Shown here: positions 26,831 through 41,958 of the stretch, one piece after another
How positions within the stretch are numbered: position 1 is the first letter of the stretch
Layout of the letters: each line of letters begins with the position of its first letter
NCBI GenBank assembly: GCA_964016885.1
Contig: OZ024742.1
Location: 188,170,001-188,234,000 of the forward strand
Reading direction: 5' to 3'
Length of the DNA: 64,000 nucleotides
Source: Eledone cirrhosa
Taxonomy: Eukaryota
Notes under the pieces: model-generated
What the model saw: the letters and a program-made list of their open reading frames with translations, nothing else
What the model was told of the DNA's origin: nothing
Databases searched by the model: none
Program-made: the position numbers and the translations under genes

Positions 26831-27282
26831 TGATAGTATTGGACCAACCTATTCTTTGTGAGTGAAATTGGGTTGACAGAGTCTGGTTGGAAGCGCACCC
26901 GTGGATTATGCCTGTAACTCAGAGATGCAGCCTTCTCAGACACTGAATCACGCTGGATCACGCTGAACCGCTCAGGGAATTACGTTAACGAAACAGGCGT
27001 CTACAGAATGCTCAGACACTTATAAATTAATTTCATGTGCAAGTTGTTCTGTGGATCACACAACTGGAAATATCATCGTTAAATGAGACGGTAACCATTA
27101 CCAGTCCATTTCATTAGCGTATGTTGATGGTTGACTTAAATGTCTCACATATATTACAAAGCAGTTACTGCTGTTGATATGTGTGAGTTGATATATTAAT
27201 CGATGTTGGAATTGTAATTGTGTGGCAAGTGATTTGCTCTGAAAGTTAGCTAAACTGATGCAATATCATTATTTTTAGACAT

Positions 27283-27820
27283 TTGGCAGTATCGGTAGAG
27301 AGTCGGACGCCATGCTTTCCAGCATAGTTACGTCCCTTTACGATCTGAGTTCAAATCCCGCCGAGGTTGACTTTGCCTTTAATCCTTACGGGGTCGATAA
27401 AATAAAGTACCAGTAATGCACTGGGATAATTGATGGCCTTGTGCCAAAAGTAGAAACAATTATTTTTAGACATTCAAATAATCAAAGTAATAGTTGTTTA
27501 TAGATTTGGCACAAGGCCAGCAACTATCCCAATGCATTACTGGTGCTTTATTTTATCGACCTGGTAAGGATAAAAGGCAAAGTTAACCGCGGCAGGATTT
27601 GAACTCAGAACCTAAAGGAACGTAACTCTATGTTGCAAAGCATGGCGTCCGACTCTCTGCCGACACTGCCCTCAAAGTAATCAAATTAATAATTGTTTCT
27701 ACTTTTGGCAATTAATAATTATTTCTACTTCTACTTTTGGCACAAGGCCAGAAATTATCCCAGTGCACTACTGGTACTTTATTGTACAGACCCCGTAAGG
27801 ATGACAGGCAGAGTTAAAAA
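27283..27820. mobile_element. Cluster of main-family SINEs: 27283-27462 (+), 27495-27670 (-), ~27725-27820 (-, partial)
   Basis: Matches the SINE consensus motifs. The first two copies form a tail-to-tail inverted pair. Confidence 0.8.
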
Positions 27821-27845
27821 GCAGCACTACGCACTCGTTTAAATT

Positions 27846-27943
<98 letters not shown>

Positions 27944-28026
27944 TTACATATATATACATATATGTATATACATATATATACATATATGTATATACATATA
28001 TATACATATATATACATATATGTATA

Positions 28027-28102
<76 letters not shown>

Positions 28103-28109
<7 letters not shown>

Positions 28110-28578
28110 CGTATTTAAGAAAGCCACAACAATGCAGAGCGAAATCTCGAGGTAGGAAGTGAAAGATAGATAGGAAAAACAGGTGAAAGTGAAAATTGAG
28201 AGAGACAAAGATGAAAACGAACCAAAGGTAGAAGGGTTACCGTAGTAGAGATTTAATCCCAATATTTCGGGCTCACGCCCATCAACGGGGGAAAGTTCCA
28301 AAAGGGGGGGAACAGGCCAAGCGGAGAAAGTTGTGATGCCGTTAAGACATGTCTTAACGGCATCACAACCCGAAATATTGGGATTAAATCTCTACTACGG
28401 TAACCCTTCTACCTTTGTTTTGTTTTCATCTTTGTCGCTCTCAATTTTCACTTTCACCTGTTTTTCCTATCTATCTTTCACTTCCTACCTCGAGATTTCC
28501 CTCTGCATTGTTGTGGCTTTCTTAAATACGTATTTTACACATTTCACAATGCTTCAAGCAAACTTTAACACCCTCTTA
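28103..28578 (+). mobile_element. PLE-like fold-back element, family D (related to C)
   Basis: Inverted arms, a perfect 38-bp palindrome at 28331-28368, a tail nearly identical to family C, and a hammerhead-like motif at 28257-28292 (-). Confidence 0.7.
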
Positions 28579-28637
28579 TATATAGTGGTGGAAAACTGCG
28601 CATGGGCCTTCGTACGGTTGTCCTTCCTGTTTCTATA

Positions 28638-28695
28638 ACCATGCACATCCCCATCTGAAGATCCACTAAGGTGAAACAATTCTTCTCGGCATGGT
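28638..28695 (+). ncRNA. Degenerate hammerhead-like motif in a (TA)n-flanked insert
   Basis: CTGAAGA-tccactaaggt-GAAA-CAAT-TC with distal pairing ACCATGC/GCATGGT. Stems I and II are poor. Confidence 0.3.
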
Positions 28696-28778
28696 GGACT
28701 AACTGTTGTGTAACCACTTCTATATATATATATATATATAAATATATACATATATGTATATATATAAATATATGTATA

Positions 28779-28856
<78 letters not shown>

Positions 28857-28881
28857 TGTATATATTTGTATATATTATATA

Positions 28882-28937
<56 letters not shown>

Positions 28938-28948
28938 CATATATATAT

Positions 28949-29146
28949 GTTAACTCTTTCTCGTGTTGTTATTTTTATTTTTATCCTTTACGCTCTTTGC
29001 TTCATTCCTCTACACGTTAGAGTCTTATACACGCCACGCATCTCAACGTACACCCACTTACATCTCTCTCTCCACCGCCGGATCTTGTTACCCGGAGATT
29101 TACCCATCTGCATTGTCGAAGCTTCAAAACGACTTAAAGAAATTTA

Positions 29147-29149
<3 letters not shown>
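28949..29149 (+). mobile_element. Family C fragment in (TA)n
   Basis: Near-identical to 8165-8365. Confidence 0.7.
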
Positions 29150-29198
<49 letters not shown>

Positions 29199-30544
29199 TT
29201 CAGTTTCATTGTTTGCAAGCTGAGTTGCAGAATAACATTTTCTGATCAGCTTACAGATAATAGGACGAAATTGTGAATATCAGGTAATATATAATAACAT
29301 CTCTCTTTCCCCTCCGTGTCTATTGTGGCCCACGAGCCCTTGCTTTTCCCTCATTTTCCTTTCATTTATGGCATTAATTGTCATTTCCTGTAGTTTCGCG
29401 TACAGCCAGATCTGCCCTTCTTTAACCCTTCCATTTTTTTCTCATTACTTAAATTTGTTTTTAATCTTTCTTTTTCCTATTTATGTAATTATCAATGGGT
29501 TTTTTTCGGCCACATTGTGAGTGAAACTCATGTATTGAGAATACACATTTATTAAAAAAAAAATTGTAATATTAATTCAACAATTTTTATGATTTTTGAG
29601 TAGTGAAAAGATTCTTCCATGATATAATTGTTTCAGCAATGCAATTTACAAGTAAATATTTAAATAGATTATTCGACTGAACAGGAAATATATTTATGAA
29701 CATTATAATTTAATCATCTTACTTCACTTACTGGATAAGTCACACAACACACGTGCATGCACACACTCCAACTCACACACTTACATGTACGTGTTTCTGT
29801 GCGTATATGTTTTGACCCAGATTTGATGGTCTCGTTAAAAAGTGTCCGGGGCCCAATTCTACAGGGCTCCACCCCAAGACCTCATTTTTCGCTATAATCT
29901 GTCGTTTACCTCTATATTGGAATTGGAATGAGCAGCATGTAAATTGGACTGGAGCCTCAAAACTATATCTACACACACACACGCACACGCACACACGCAC
30001 ACACACACACACACACCTACACACACACACAACACACACACGCATACACACACAACCACACACACATACACACACACGCACATATATATTAATGTGTTTG
30101 CGTGTGTGTGTCTATGTACATTCATGTCTGTTTTCTTCTTTATGTGAAATTCAGTTGTCCTTCAAAATCCATATTCGAAATACATAGATAGATGAAATAT
30201 GTACTGAGGTTTCAGTTATTGTGCTGCATGGCCACAGAACATTCAATGAAACCAATTAAAGAATATATTATCTTTATAGTGAATTACAATTGCAATCACG
30301 CACAATTGCAATCACGCAATCATACAGGACGCCGAATTACAATTTAGACAACGGGAAATACAAAATAATTTAATAAAGATCACCTAATCGAAAGAGCTCT
30401 GCAGGCACTTCAGAAAGTGTTAGCATAATCTTCTGGAACGTGTAAATATCGTTTATTATATGTTCGAAAATAATTTTAGTATATATATGGCCTCTAATCG
30501 TATATTCTCATAACTTTCATATCACACCTGGTCTGTTTTAAGCC

Positions 30545-30810
30545 AGAATGCTCGTTATGCCGGGGCTTATCTCGGTTTATATGGCGTGAAGCGAATGAGA
30601 GTACAAGTCTCCCACCTGGACAGAACGCCAGTCCATCGCAGTGTTAAACCCCAAGCTATTGCTGGTACTCATTTTCAGCTGAGTATACTGAGTATACGTG
30701 AAATGAAGTGTTTTGCTCAAGAACCCAACATTCAACCCAGCCCAGGAATCGAACCAACGACATTATAATCGTACATCAAACACCCTTACCACATGTTCAT
30801 GCACCTCCAC
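30545..30810 (-). mobile_element. tRNA-derived SINE (third family)
   Basis: Minus strand has B-box GGTTCGATTCCTGG, then TTCTTGAGCAAAACACTTCATTTC, AATGAGTACCAGC and GCGATGGACTGGCG. Confidence 0.65.
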
Positions 30811-32101
30811 ATATCAGCTCTAGCATCGTTAAATGCGAAATTTGATATTAGCAATATCCGATTCAAACAGCAATATTTCAAGCGACCCTAATAATCATTT
30901 TGAGCAGCGTCCTCACCAACTACAAATATCCTTAAACCTATCTCTATTGCTTACAATTTCTATAGTTTACATTGTTGTTATCCCACTTTCATTATCAGTA
31001 TTTTCCGCATTACTGTAGCTATTGCCTTCGTGGTGTAAAATAACATAGTATAATACCACCAGCATTACATCAGTAGCTATCCATGTTGAATAGGCTCCTA
31101 CGACATTCACTTCCCTATCATTAAAAATATCCATTAACACTCCTCTTTATTCCTTCCGCTTACTCTATCACCTTTGACTTATCATTAATTACAGCTATGC
31201 CAGATTCTTCGCCGTCCTATTCTTACAAATCCTATTCTAACGAATAAGATTACGTTTTTTTTCTATATTTTGAGGTCACAGATGGAAGATATATGCACTC
31301 TAAAGCTGATGTAATTTAATTAATTGACTGCTTTTTTTATTATTGCAGTTTTATTTTTTTTAATCAAATTCATTATGTTTAAAGGTTTAGCCATGTCTGC
31401 TAATTGTGAGAAAATCTATTTGTTTTGCGCTTCTTTTACATTCGTGTTTTATTTCGTTATATGCAAAACTGAACAAGTTGTCAAAACTAAAAATGAAATT
31501 GTAGCATATTTCTTCGTCATATATAGCGTTTCAAAAATATATATCTAAATTCAAAAGTAAAACAAGCCAATAAAATATTTGTATGTATATGTATATGTGT
31601 ACGTATATGTATGTATGTATGTTCTCTTTCTCTTAATTCCGAGTACATATTTCAAAGGCCACCTTCCTGGTGGCGAGGCTGTAAAAGAAAATAAGTTGTC
31701 ATCCCTTATATCGCAAGAATGTTTTGCAAATTTTGAATGTACTATATATCACGGCCATTTGTAATCTATGAATTCTTTCACTGTTGGCAATAATGTGGCT
31801 AACATCTTCAATCTTTGTTTTACTTAGCCTACATTTATTGTCGACAGTTGTGCCGCTTCTTTTGTGTAGTAGTTATTTGGTAGGGATTGTTGTTCCTGTA
31901 TGGAATAGAGATATCCTTCAAGGTGGGATTTTATAAACTTATCGGAACTCCATACCAGGCTTTTTGAATGACTTATCCCCTCTATACATAGTATATATGT
32001 ATACCTACATCCTTGAAAAGGCTTGCTGAACACACAGACAAGTCTCACTAATTAGTCTTAATGAATGAAACAGCTCTAGTCCTGTAGAGCCATGACTATA
32101 T

Positions 32102-32144
<43 letters not shown>

Positions 32145-32479
32145 CAATAGCAGTAAGACACACATATACTGTTTTCAACAACCGTGTCATTGTTTAATCT
32201 TCGTTACGAGCAGAAGCGAAACATTAAGTAATTCTCCATACTTATTGCTTGTAAGAATGTTATATATATATGTCACCAAATACTGTCGTTATGATATTGT
32301 TTGTCGTATATTCTTAGGTCTGGAGAAAGAGGCAGAATTTATGGCCTCAGCAATTTTCTAAAACTACACTTAGCTAGTTAATTTAAATATAAAGAAACTT
32401 CATATGAACGCATAATGTAGGGGATGAGACTGTAAAATTCTTCATTAGCCCCTTGATTTCAAATACTTACAATATATAG

Positions 32480-32668
32480 ATTCTATATTTGGCACAAGGC
32501 CAGCAATTTTTCCCCAGCGCATTACTGGTACTTTATTTCATCGACCCCCGTAAGGATGAAAGGCAAAGTTAACGTCGGCAGATTTGAACTCAGAACGCAA
32601 AGGACCATAACTCTATGCCGCACAGCATGGTGTTTCACGTTCTACCAATACTGCCAAACCACCGCCCT
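32480..32668 (-). mobile_element. tRNA-derived SINE, main family
   Basis: Matches the SINE consensus motifs. Confidence 0.8.
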
Positions 32669-35600
32669 TACCATATACTCATAATATGAGTTTATGGTAA
32701 GGGCGGTGGTTTGGGAAATACTTATATGAAAACTTAAATGAATCTTCTTAGAATGTTGGTGACTACAGTTGTATAAACTAACAGCATTGTATGTGGTATT
32801 CCTTGATATCATAGGCACCTGATGAGTGCCCCCTTTGTTGCTCGGAAACACCATTGCGATAATCAATCTCGGAGTGCTTTTGTGGTCACCTTGTATTATG
32901 ACACTGCATTATCTGAGTCTTTTAATTACAGTTGGTATTCTAATAAGGAATGAATGTGTAATCCAGAAGAATTGAAAATTTAATTAAGTTTATAATGCCA
33001 TGTACAGAAATAAGGCAACAATTCATTGTTAAGTTCAATAATAAAGACTTGTTTCCATGATAGAGACATTTATTATATATTATCGCATCAGATTTATATC
33101 CTAAGAAGTGTTTACCTTAGATGTCCATATTGCTGCTACATGCATTTATTGTCTATATTGGCATGACAATGTCGATAATTAAGATAGCAGTGTTATGTTT
33201 GCTTCTGAACTATCCTGTCAATTTGATTGTATGCAAGTTGGAGTAAACTATCCTGGCATTTATTACTCATTTCCTAACGTACTTGTAAGGTCATACAGAT
33301 GCCATATAAGAGTTAATGGTCAGCATGCCTTATATATTTAATAATAAAGTCTACCGAAATATGTTTCCTTACTAATACCCTCTTTTGATGGAGCTAGCAA
33401 GAGATTTGAAATGACCTGCATTAGAATCAGATATTCATAGCAATTCATGCGTAAACAAAACACACTACTCTTTACAAAATCAGCGCCGGAACGGAAATTA
33501 CTTAAATATAGATGCACAATATGTAAACAAACCACAGCTATATTCCTTATCTTAGCGCACAACATAAATTAGAGAAGGAATATAAACCTATCCTTGTCAG
33601 TCAACGGTTAAATTGTATGTATGCATGTATGTATGTATGTAGGTGATTGTGTGTGTATCTCTATGTTATTGTATTATATTTATTCATCATTTATTTTGTA
33701 TTTTATATTGTACTTAGGAAGTTAGTTTGGTAGTTTGCCATGCCAAGTCCCCGCACGTAGAGGTCATTTTGCAGACTCCTCTGTACCTCTTACCAAGCTT
33801 TCCATCTTCAGTTTATTGATAGATTCGAGACCAGTATCCTGCTACAAGTCCATGTATGTGGGCTGATTTCCACAACACATTTATACTCCAGTCCATGTAT
33901 CCCTCAATGTCATCACAGACAAAGATATGTTCACTGATCTTCTCACTTAGACATTCATGTGTAACATAATGCTACTCTCTCACATCAATTCACAACTACC
34001 ATCCTTTTATTTCAACTACCATGGTGTTTTTCTGTTCGTTTCGTGTCTACATGCGTCTCACTGACATACGAGACCACATGCAGTACAGTGACAAGTAACA
34101 ATGTTAGGTTAGTTATCAGTTAGTTATCAGTCTTGATTGTTCATGCTATGCTATCCATGTTCGTGCTCTTCTTATTTTTTTATTTCAGCTTCAGACCTTT
34201 GTTTCTATCCTTCCGACATTTCATATTCATCAATGGAACAAGTAGATTCTTTGACAAAGAAAAATAAAACACTTTAAAACGACATTTCATTCCCACAAAT
34301 CTTAGAACAAAGAATTAATCATCAACAATACAATTGACAAACACGATGAAATGGCTTTTCAATAAATAAAATAAAATAAAATGACTAACGAGAATGCCCA
34401 ATGATAGTACATCGTTGACGTAGCCAATGTTTCAAATAGATAAGATACCTCTTATGTTAACATTTATTCCAGTTATTTTACAAGGCAAAACCTTGCGGGA
34501 AATCAATAAAAGAATCAAAGAGTGGGTGGGGGTGGGGGTGGGGGGATAAGAGCAAAGGAAACAATATATCAATTTGAGTGTTAAAAGTACAAGTGACATG
34601 TGTTGTAGCTGTAAATATATTGTATTTTATATATTTTATATTTTACATCCCTCCTAGAAATAGGTTAGAATTAAATGAGATTTACAGTTGATTTAATGTC
34701 AACCATCATATCGCAATTAGTAGTTAAAGCGTTTATAAATTAATTCAAGATAAAAATATTGAAACATTTACTTGGAGGGAAATCTTCAATATTGGTGTTT
34801 AATTTCATTAACTTAAATCTGATATCGTTTCTCATGCTGCTCCCAGCTATAGAAGCATCGTTTCCTAACCTTCCTTTCAATGACCTCACTTTCTCTCTCT
34901 CTCTCTCTCTGCATATATATATATTATATGTATGATGTATGTGTGTGTGTTTGTTTATCGTTGATTTGTGTCTATATTTATTAATTTTATTATTTATTTT
35001 TGCAATTAAATATCAATCTTGTTTCAAAGTTCAAATTTCTAGATTAACTTTAATTTCCTCCATAGATATTTTATATACTTTCAAATTATATATGTATTTA
35101 GTGTAACGTAATCTGTCATGCCGTTTTATTCATATGAATACATTCTACATAGCTTCGATAATTCTGGCAGTGTTAACAGTTCAGTCTCATACTATATTAC
35201 TCTATATTCGGTCCCTTCCATTCTCTGATGTCATTGTCAATGTGAACACACAAATTTGTCGCAGGACAGGATTAGATAAGGCTTTTCTAAACAACGTAGT
35301 TGCCTATGCTTGTACGCCTTCCTTCTCCACGGAACACACCTAATTTAGGAGAGGACCAAATCAATTTGGTACCAGTACCATTGCATATATCGCTGGGATG
35401 GTACCAAAACTGAAGTAAATCCCGTTAGTCAAGACCCCTAGATTAATACTTTTTAATACTTTCCAATATCATAATAACGTTATTGTTTGCAATATTTGTT
35501 AAAATAGATGTTGGTTAAATTTTGCAAGGGTCCTTTACGATCTGAGTTCAAATACCAACGAAGTCAACTTCGCTTTTCATACATCCGGGAATATAAAAAT

Positions 35601-35702
35601 ATTGTACTTGTTAGGTACTGGGCCAATGAAATCAACTTCCATTTTTCCCAGAAACTGTTGTTTGTGTGTGAATTAGATATAATTATTAATCAAGTTATTA
35701 AG

Positions 35703-35890
35703 GGCGGTGGATTGGCAGTATCAGTAGAGGGTCGGACACCATGCTTTGCAGCAAAGAGTTACGGTCCTTTATGGTCTGAGTTCAAATCCCGCCGAGATTA
35801 ACTTTGCCTTTCATCCTTAAGGAGTCGATAAAATAAAGTACCAGTAATACACTGAGATAATTGCTGGCCTTGTGCCAAAAGTAGAAACAA
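35703..35890 (+). mobile_element. tRNA-derived SINE, main family, reference-quality copy (Nin/Deu-like core; octopus OK/OR-type)
   Basis: GGCGGTGGATTGGCAGTATCAGTAGAG...GAGTTCAAATCCCGCCG...TTTGCCTTTCATCCTT..GTCGATAAAATAAAGTACCAG...GGCCTTGTGCCAAAAGTAGAAACA. The family name is from memory. Confidence 0.85.
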
Positions 35891-36146
35891 GTATTAATCA
35901 AGTTATTAATCAATCTACCACTTTGATAATAGCTGATTCATTGATTAACAAAGTTTTTCATCGCACAGCCTGTGACCTTAACAATGACATTTCCTCTCCA
36001 CTTTGAACTGGCTCCAAGCGCACTTCATCATATTTTTTTCTCATAATAAAATTTTTATTTTTAATTGTCAGCGGACTCTGATTTTATTTTTTATTATGTA
36101 TTCTTTTTTATGTTCCTGTCGCCCTATTTCTAATTATCTCGCCACC

Positions 36147-36215
<69 letters not shown>

Positions 36216-36237
36216 ACACGCACACACACACAAAGAA

Positions 36238-36272
<35 letters not shown>

Positions 36273-36718
36273 TATACACGGTATATATAGTAATTGGAGT
36301 AAATATTATTTATTTAATAGGTGTATTTTAGCTCAATGCAATGATAGGATCATGCAGAGCCTGTATACAGTTTTCATGAGTGATTTGTATTAATATTGAA
36401 TTAGTTCTTTGGATTGTAATTCAATTCTGATGACACCTATCCTGTATGCTACCTAATAGCAAATTGCTAAATAAAATAATTTTCTGTCTGTCCTAAATTA
36501 CTAAAGGAAAAAGACAATTGTCAATGATGACATGCCTTGAACTTTCAACTTTAGTCTTAAAAATAAATTGTAACTATTCACACAGTCACATGTACCCCCC
36601 CCCCCCCCCCGCACACACACACACGCACACGCAGACAGACGCAGACACACACACACACATATATATATATATTAACCATTTTCTTGGAAAATATAAAGGA
36701 AAGATATATATATATATT

Positions 36719-36821
<103 letters not shown>

Positions 36822-37349
36822 ATACTAGAGAGCGAGAGAGATAGAGAGAGAGAGAAAAAAGAGACAATGGAGGCAGAAAAGGAATAAAATATAGAGATAC
36901 AAAAGATATTATAATATATCATACTAGAAGTTCCCGTACAGAATCCCATACATTTGTAAAAGATTCCTGGATTGGAATAATGTAGAAGTTGATCGAATGA
37001 GCTTCCGTCATTTTCGACGATGAGTTTTATCTTGTGCAACAGCCTACCCGTGAAATAAATGTGTAAGTGGCTAAGCATTTCACAGGTCTATACACCCATA
37101 AACTAATTCTCAGTGAAAGTCAGCATGTCTCAGTATGTGACTTATATGGCTCTTGTAATTAAAGGTATAGTCCATTCAACTAAATTTCAAATAGTTTCCG
37201 TCTGCCCTGTTACACCACAAGGGTCGATCCGAAGCTATGGCAAATGGCACTTTTCCAAGGTTTATAATGATTGCAGAGAGAACTCTTTAACCATTCAGAG
37301 CACGCACATAGCTATGGATGTTCAAGTTAACAACACATCAAAATAATAA

Positions 37350-37563
37350 TTGTTTCTACTTTTGGCACAAAGCCAGCAATTTTGGGTGAGGGGGGGAGGG
37401 AGTCGATTAAATCGACGCCAGTGCATTACTGGTACTTCATTTTATGAACCCCGTCAGGATGAAAGGCAAAGTTAACCTCGGCGGGATTTGAAATCAGATT
37501 ATAAAGGCCGTAACCCTATACTTCAAAGCATGACGTCCGACCCTCTACCAATACTGAGAATCC
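37350..37563 (-). mobile_element. tRNA-derived SINE, main family
   Basis: Matches the SINE consensus motifs. Confidence 0.8.
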
Positions 37564-38630
37564 ATCTAATAATACCAATATGTTACATCAGCAGTGTTTC
37601 TACGAAGGGATAATAAACTGTGCTGGACTGCTAACTGTCGTGTTATTTCAACAATGTATCAAATAACTCTGCTTCATTATAGAAAGTCCCAATGCTTATT
37701 CCTTTATAACACTTCCTTATATCAAATCATATGTATGATGAATACTATAATTATGTTGTAACACACACGTAAGATCGATGGAAGGATATTTCGTTGCCAG
37801 ACGTTGGCTCGTGACTTGAATTAGGGTAAATGCCAATAGTCACATGTTAATGACAAGAGGAACACACACTTTACAATTAGGTCGATTTGAATATTGATTC
37901 TTTCATCCAAGGAACAATTATGACTTGTGTGTACTTTATTTCAATATTTCCGCTAACTGACTTTATAATTTTCATTATGACAGCTCCATAAAGCCATCGT
38001 AGTTCGATGCCACAGACATCACAAATTATAACGTATCAACATATTTTACATCAGTTTCTTGGCTTGTAAATGCTATTATATTTTGCCTCTTACAGTTCAT
38101 ATCATTAAGTATCATATTTTATGTATTCTTCCCTCCTTCCTCCCTGGCCGAGCTGCCTTTGTTAATATATAATGATATAATCGAATTTGTTATAATTTAT
38201 TAGGCTAATTATTACACGGTCTTTAGAGCACAATAAAGGGAAAATTGCTATGAGGACAATAAAGGGACAAAATGAAACCTAAGAAGTTCCTTAACTTACC
38301 GTTATTTGTTTTGCATCTAGTCTTCTCATTATAGGAACAGAATAGTTTCATATAAACCTACTTTAACAACATATGTACACCTCCCTTTAAATACAAACAC
38401 ACACACACACATGCACACACACATACATATATATATATTTATATTACCACAGCAGAGGTCCGACGAGCTTTTGATTTAAGAGTCGGCCCAGATCGATAGA
38501 AATCGAACCTTGAGCACGTCACTACTCAATAAACGTAATGAAGACATAACAAATCGTCCTTTCTTTTATTTTTACTGGGTCGATAATAGCTGGTCTTGTG
38601 CCAAAAGTAGAAACAATTATTATTACTACT

Positions 38631-38845
38631 GTGGTGGATTGGCAGTATCGGAAGAGAGTCGGAGACCATGCTTTCCAACATAGAGTTACGGCACTTTACG
38701 GTCTGAGTTCAAATCGCGCAGGGTTAATTTTGGCTTTCATCGTTACGGGGTCGATTAAATAAAGGACCAGTAACGTACTGGGTCGATTTAATCGATTTTC
38801 CACGCCCCGCCAATTACTGGCCCTGTGCCTATACTAGAAATCATT
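38631..38845 (+). mobile_element. tRNA-derived SINE, main family
   Basis: Matches the SINE consensus motifs. Confidence 0.8.
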
Positions 38846-38867
38846 ACACACACACATACACACACAT

Positions 38868-38961
<94 letters not shown>

Positions 38962-39816
38962 GTATATATATGTATAAATATATATATATATATATATATG
39001 ATAAACTTAAATCATACAATTCGGAAAAAATGGGGCCCAGATAATTCTACGTGGAGAGGAACAGTGTATATCGTGTTGACCTGTACATATATTAAGTTTA
39101 TTATTCATGAAATAAAAATAAATTAAGGGCCCGCGGATACCGTGAATATAGGAGTTGTGAGAGCGCAATCTCTTTTAAGAAAGTAAAGTAACTAAAAGAA
39201 ATACATTTTAACTGAAATTGTTTATGAAATCGATAAACAAATGACCATGATATATTGGTATTTAAAACCATAAAATACGTCAATCAAAATAAGCCCAATC
39301 GAGAAGGACACAGATTGTGTAAATATAATTCGGAAAAATGAGTTTTATATAAATTGAGATTACGATAATCCAGACAACGTTTATTTGTCTTATTAAAGGT
39401 TTTATCTTGTAACTACTGGCAAATGAAAAGTAGCTAATGATAGAAACGTAGATATGTTAATACTCGTAGAAAAGTGCATATATGTTTCATCATGTGTAGT
39501 ATATATATTTACAACTCAATATTGAAAGGGACTTAATACCAAATAAGATGAGATGTACTAAACGGCATATTACCAGGAACTTTTGCCTTTGTCATTAAGG
39601 CGTACTCTTTGTAATCTCCGTGATTTTCGGCCTCGGATCTGCGGCGTCTAATCTCGGGCAGAGTATATTAATGCTTCTCTGATCAATAATTTAAGATTAA
39701 TCCCAACAAATCAAAGAAGAGAATATGACATAATTATGCAGCTATATATATATATATATATATATATACAAATAGTGAAAACAATGAAATTAAACAAAAG
39801 ACGGTTAATTCATAGT

Positions 39817-39964
39817 AAAACTAATTATTTTACGATCGTTTCTCGGGGATAGTTCCCGTATGTCCATTCTATTATTGATCTATGTAAAATATATTACAAA
39901 TTATCATAGTAAGAAAATATACATACGTCTTATCTACCCGCCGTCTTCAGAAATAATGACTTTT
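39817..39964 (-). ncRNA. Hammerhead ribozyme with long stem II, inverted pLTR copy
   Basis: AAAAGTCATTATTT-CTGAAGA-~100 nt-GAAA-CGATCG-TA-AAATAATTAGTTTT. Confidence 0.7.
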
Positions 39965-39989
39965 GTTTATTGAAGAATACATTCTATAC

Positions 39990-41022
39990 ATACCCAATAT
40001 AAGAATAGAAAATCAATTAGAAACCATAAAAGAAACGTAACATGGTATAACGCTCCATTTAACTTGCAAACTATGGGCCAAATCCCTAAACATTTTTTTG
40101 CAATTCCCGACAAACGTTTCCCACCTAACCACAAATACCATCAAATCTTAAACAGATATACAGTAAAATGTTCTTACTCCACATCGAGCAATATACAACA
40201 AACAATAAGTGCATATAACATCTATAAATGTATACCATATACAATAGCACACCACATACAAGCTAACTATAATAATACTACAACGCATAACCAGAATATT
40301 ATTAAATATCCCCCTGTTACAACCGCTCAATCACCTCATCAACACAATACATCAGCCGACAACTAACTACCATTTTTCTCATCCTTAATAGGGTCTAAGA
40401 ATTACATACAAAATTTAACCAATAACTTCCAAAACAACCATGATTCTATAAACGCTATATCCAGTATAATTTCACCAACTAACAACCCTTCGGGCCGTCA
40501 CCATCCAGCCGCAAACCCTTCTCTCCCATATAAAAAGTTAAATAGATATACTAGCCCTATTATTGGGAATATAGCTAGCACATCTGAAACCCTATGTACA
40601 AACGGTTGTAATTGTAGAGTAAAAAGTAATTGCCCCTTAAATGTAAATTACTTAATTAATAATATAAATGTATAATCACCACTAAGGACTCTAATCAATC
40701 CTATATTGGATACATTTCTAATCCGTTTAAATCGAGATTTTATGCACACACCCACAGTTTTCGAAACACAAAATTAGCTAATACCACTTCTTTAGCAGAA
40801 GCAGTTAATAATTGTAAAAAGAAGAATATTGATTATAACCTAACTAGGAAGATTCTCAAGAGAGCCATTTCTTATCAGGGCAATAGAAGGGAGTGTGGAC
40901 TATGTTCCCAAGAAACTTTTGAAATTACTAAATCGAAGGACATTCTATTAAATAAAAGACAAGAATTGATTAAGGCATGTAACCATAAAATTAGAAGGAC
41001 ATTCAAATATAAATACAACTAA
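39990..41022 (+). pseudogene. PLE C-terminus: linker + GIY-YIG endonuclease (tentatively Nematis-type)
   Basis: Hand translation: RNVTWYNAPFN..FPPNHKYHQILNRYTVKCSYS; CNCRVKSNCPLN; SYIGYISNPFKSRFYAHTHSF..ECGLCSQETFEI..LLNKRQELIKACNH..YN*. Contains stops and frameshifts. Confidence 0.85.
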
Positions 41023-41050
41023 GAAAATATAGAAAGAGATATAGGAGAAA

Positions 41051-41154
<104 letters not shown>

Positions 41155-41958
41155 TTATATATATGTGTATATATGTGTATACATAGGTGTGTGTCTCTAT
41201 ATATATATGTGTGTGCGTGTGTGTATGTATGTGTGTGTATGTATATATGTATGTATATGTATGTGTATATATATTTTTTTTTTCTGCTATTTATCCATGG
41301 GTTAAATCCTAACTGTTTTAAGTAATTAACTATTAATGAGCACTAAATATTACATTATATTCAACAATCTAACAAAACTTTTAACGGATATGCATTTAAA
41401 CCCCCCTTTAAAAAAAAAACAACAGATTATTAATGAGATTTCTTATTCGAAAATATAATTCCCTACAAGTAAAACTTATTTCTGACCACTCTAACACTAT
41501 ACAATACTTACACACACTTTAGTATTTTCTTACCTATATAGTATTTTATCTATTTTTTATCTAAATTTTACTTTCCTTTGGTTCCATCTATATTCCTCCA
41601 CTTGTTCTATTTTTAGAACAAATTAATCCTCTCGAACAAAGAAATAACAAATATTTAGGATAGTTCTATACTATTCTACTTGATGTAACACACTGATATC
41701 TGCACCCCTTTTCCTCCAACTCTTATCTTCTTTGACTATCCAAACTTTTCTATACAATATGTCTAAATTCCTTTACACTCTCAACTTTCCTTTTTTTCAT
41801 AAAAGTCATTTGATACCTCATCCCCTGACTGCTAATTTATTCATCTACTACCAGCTTAATGATATATATTGCCCCTTCCTATTTTTAGTATTGGTCAATC
41901 TCAACCTTGTTTATAAAACGTTACATATTCATATGTTATTTTGTATTCATCAATAAAC

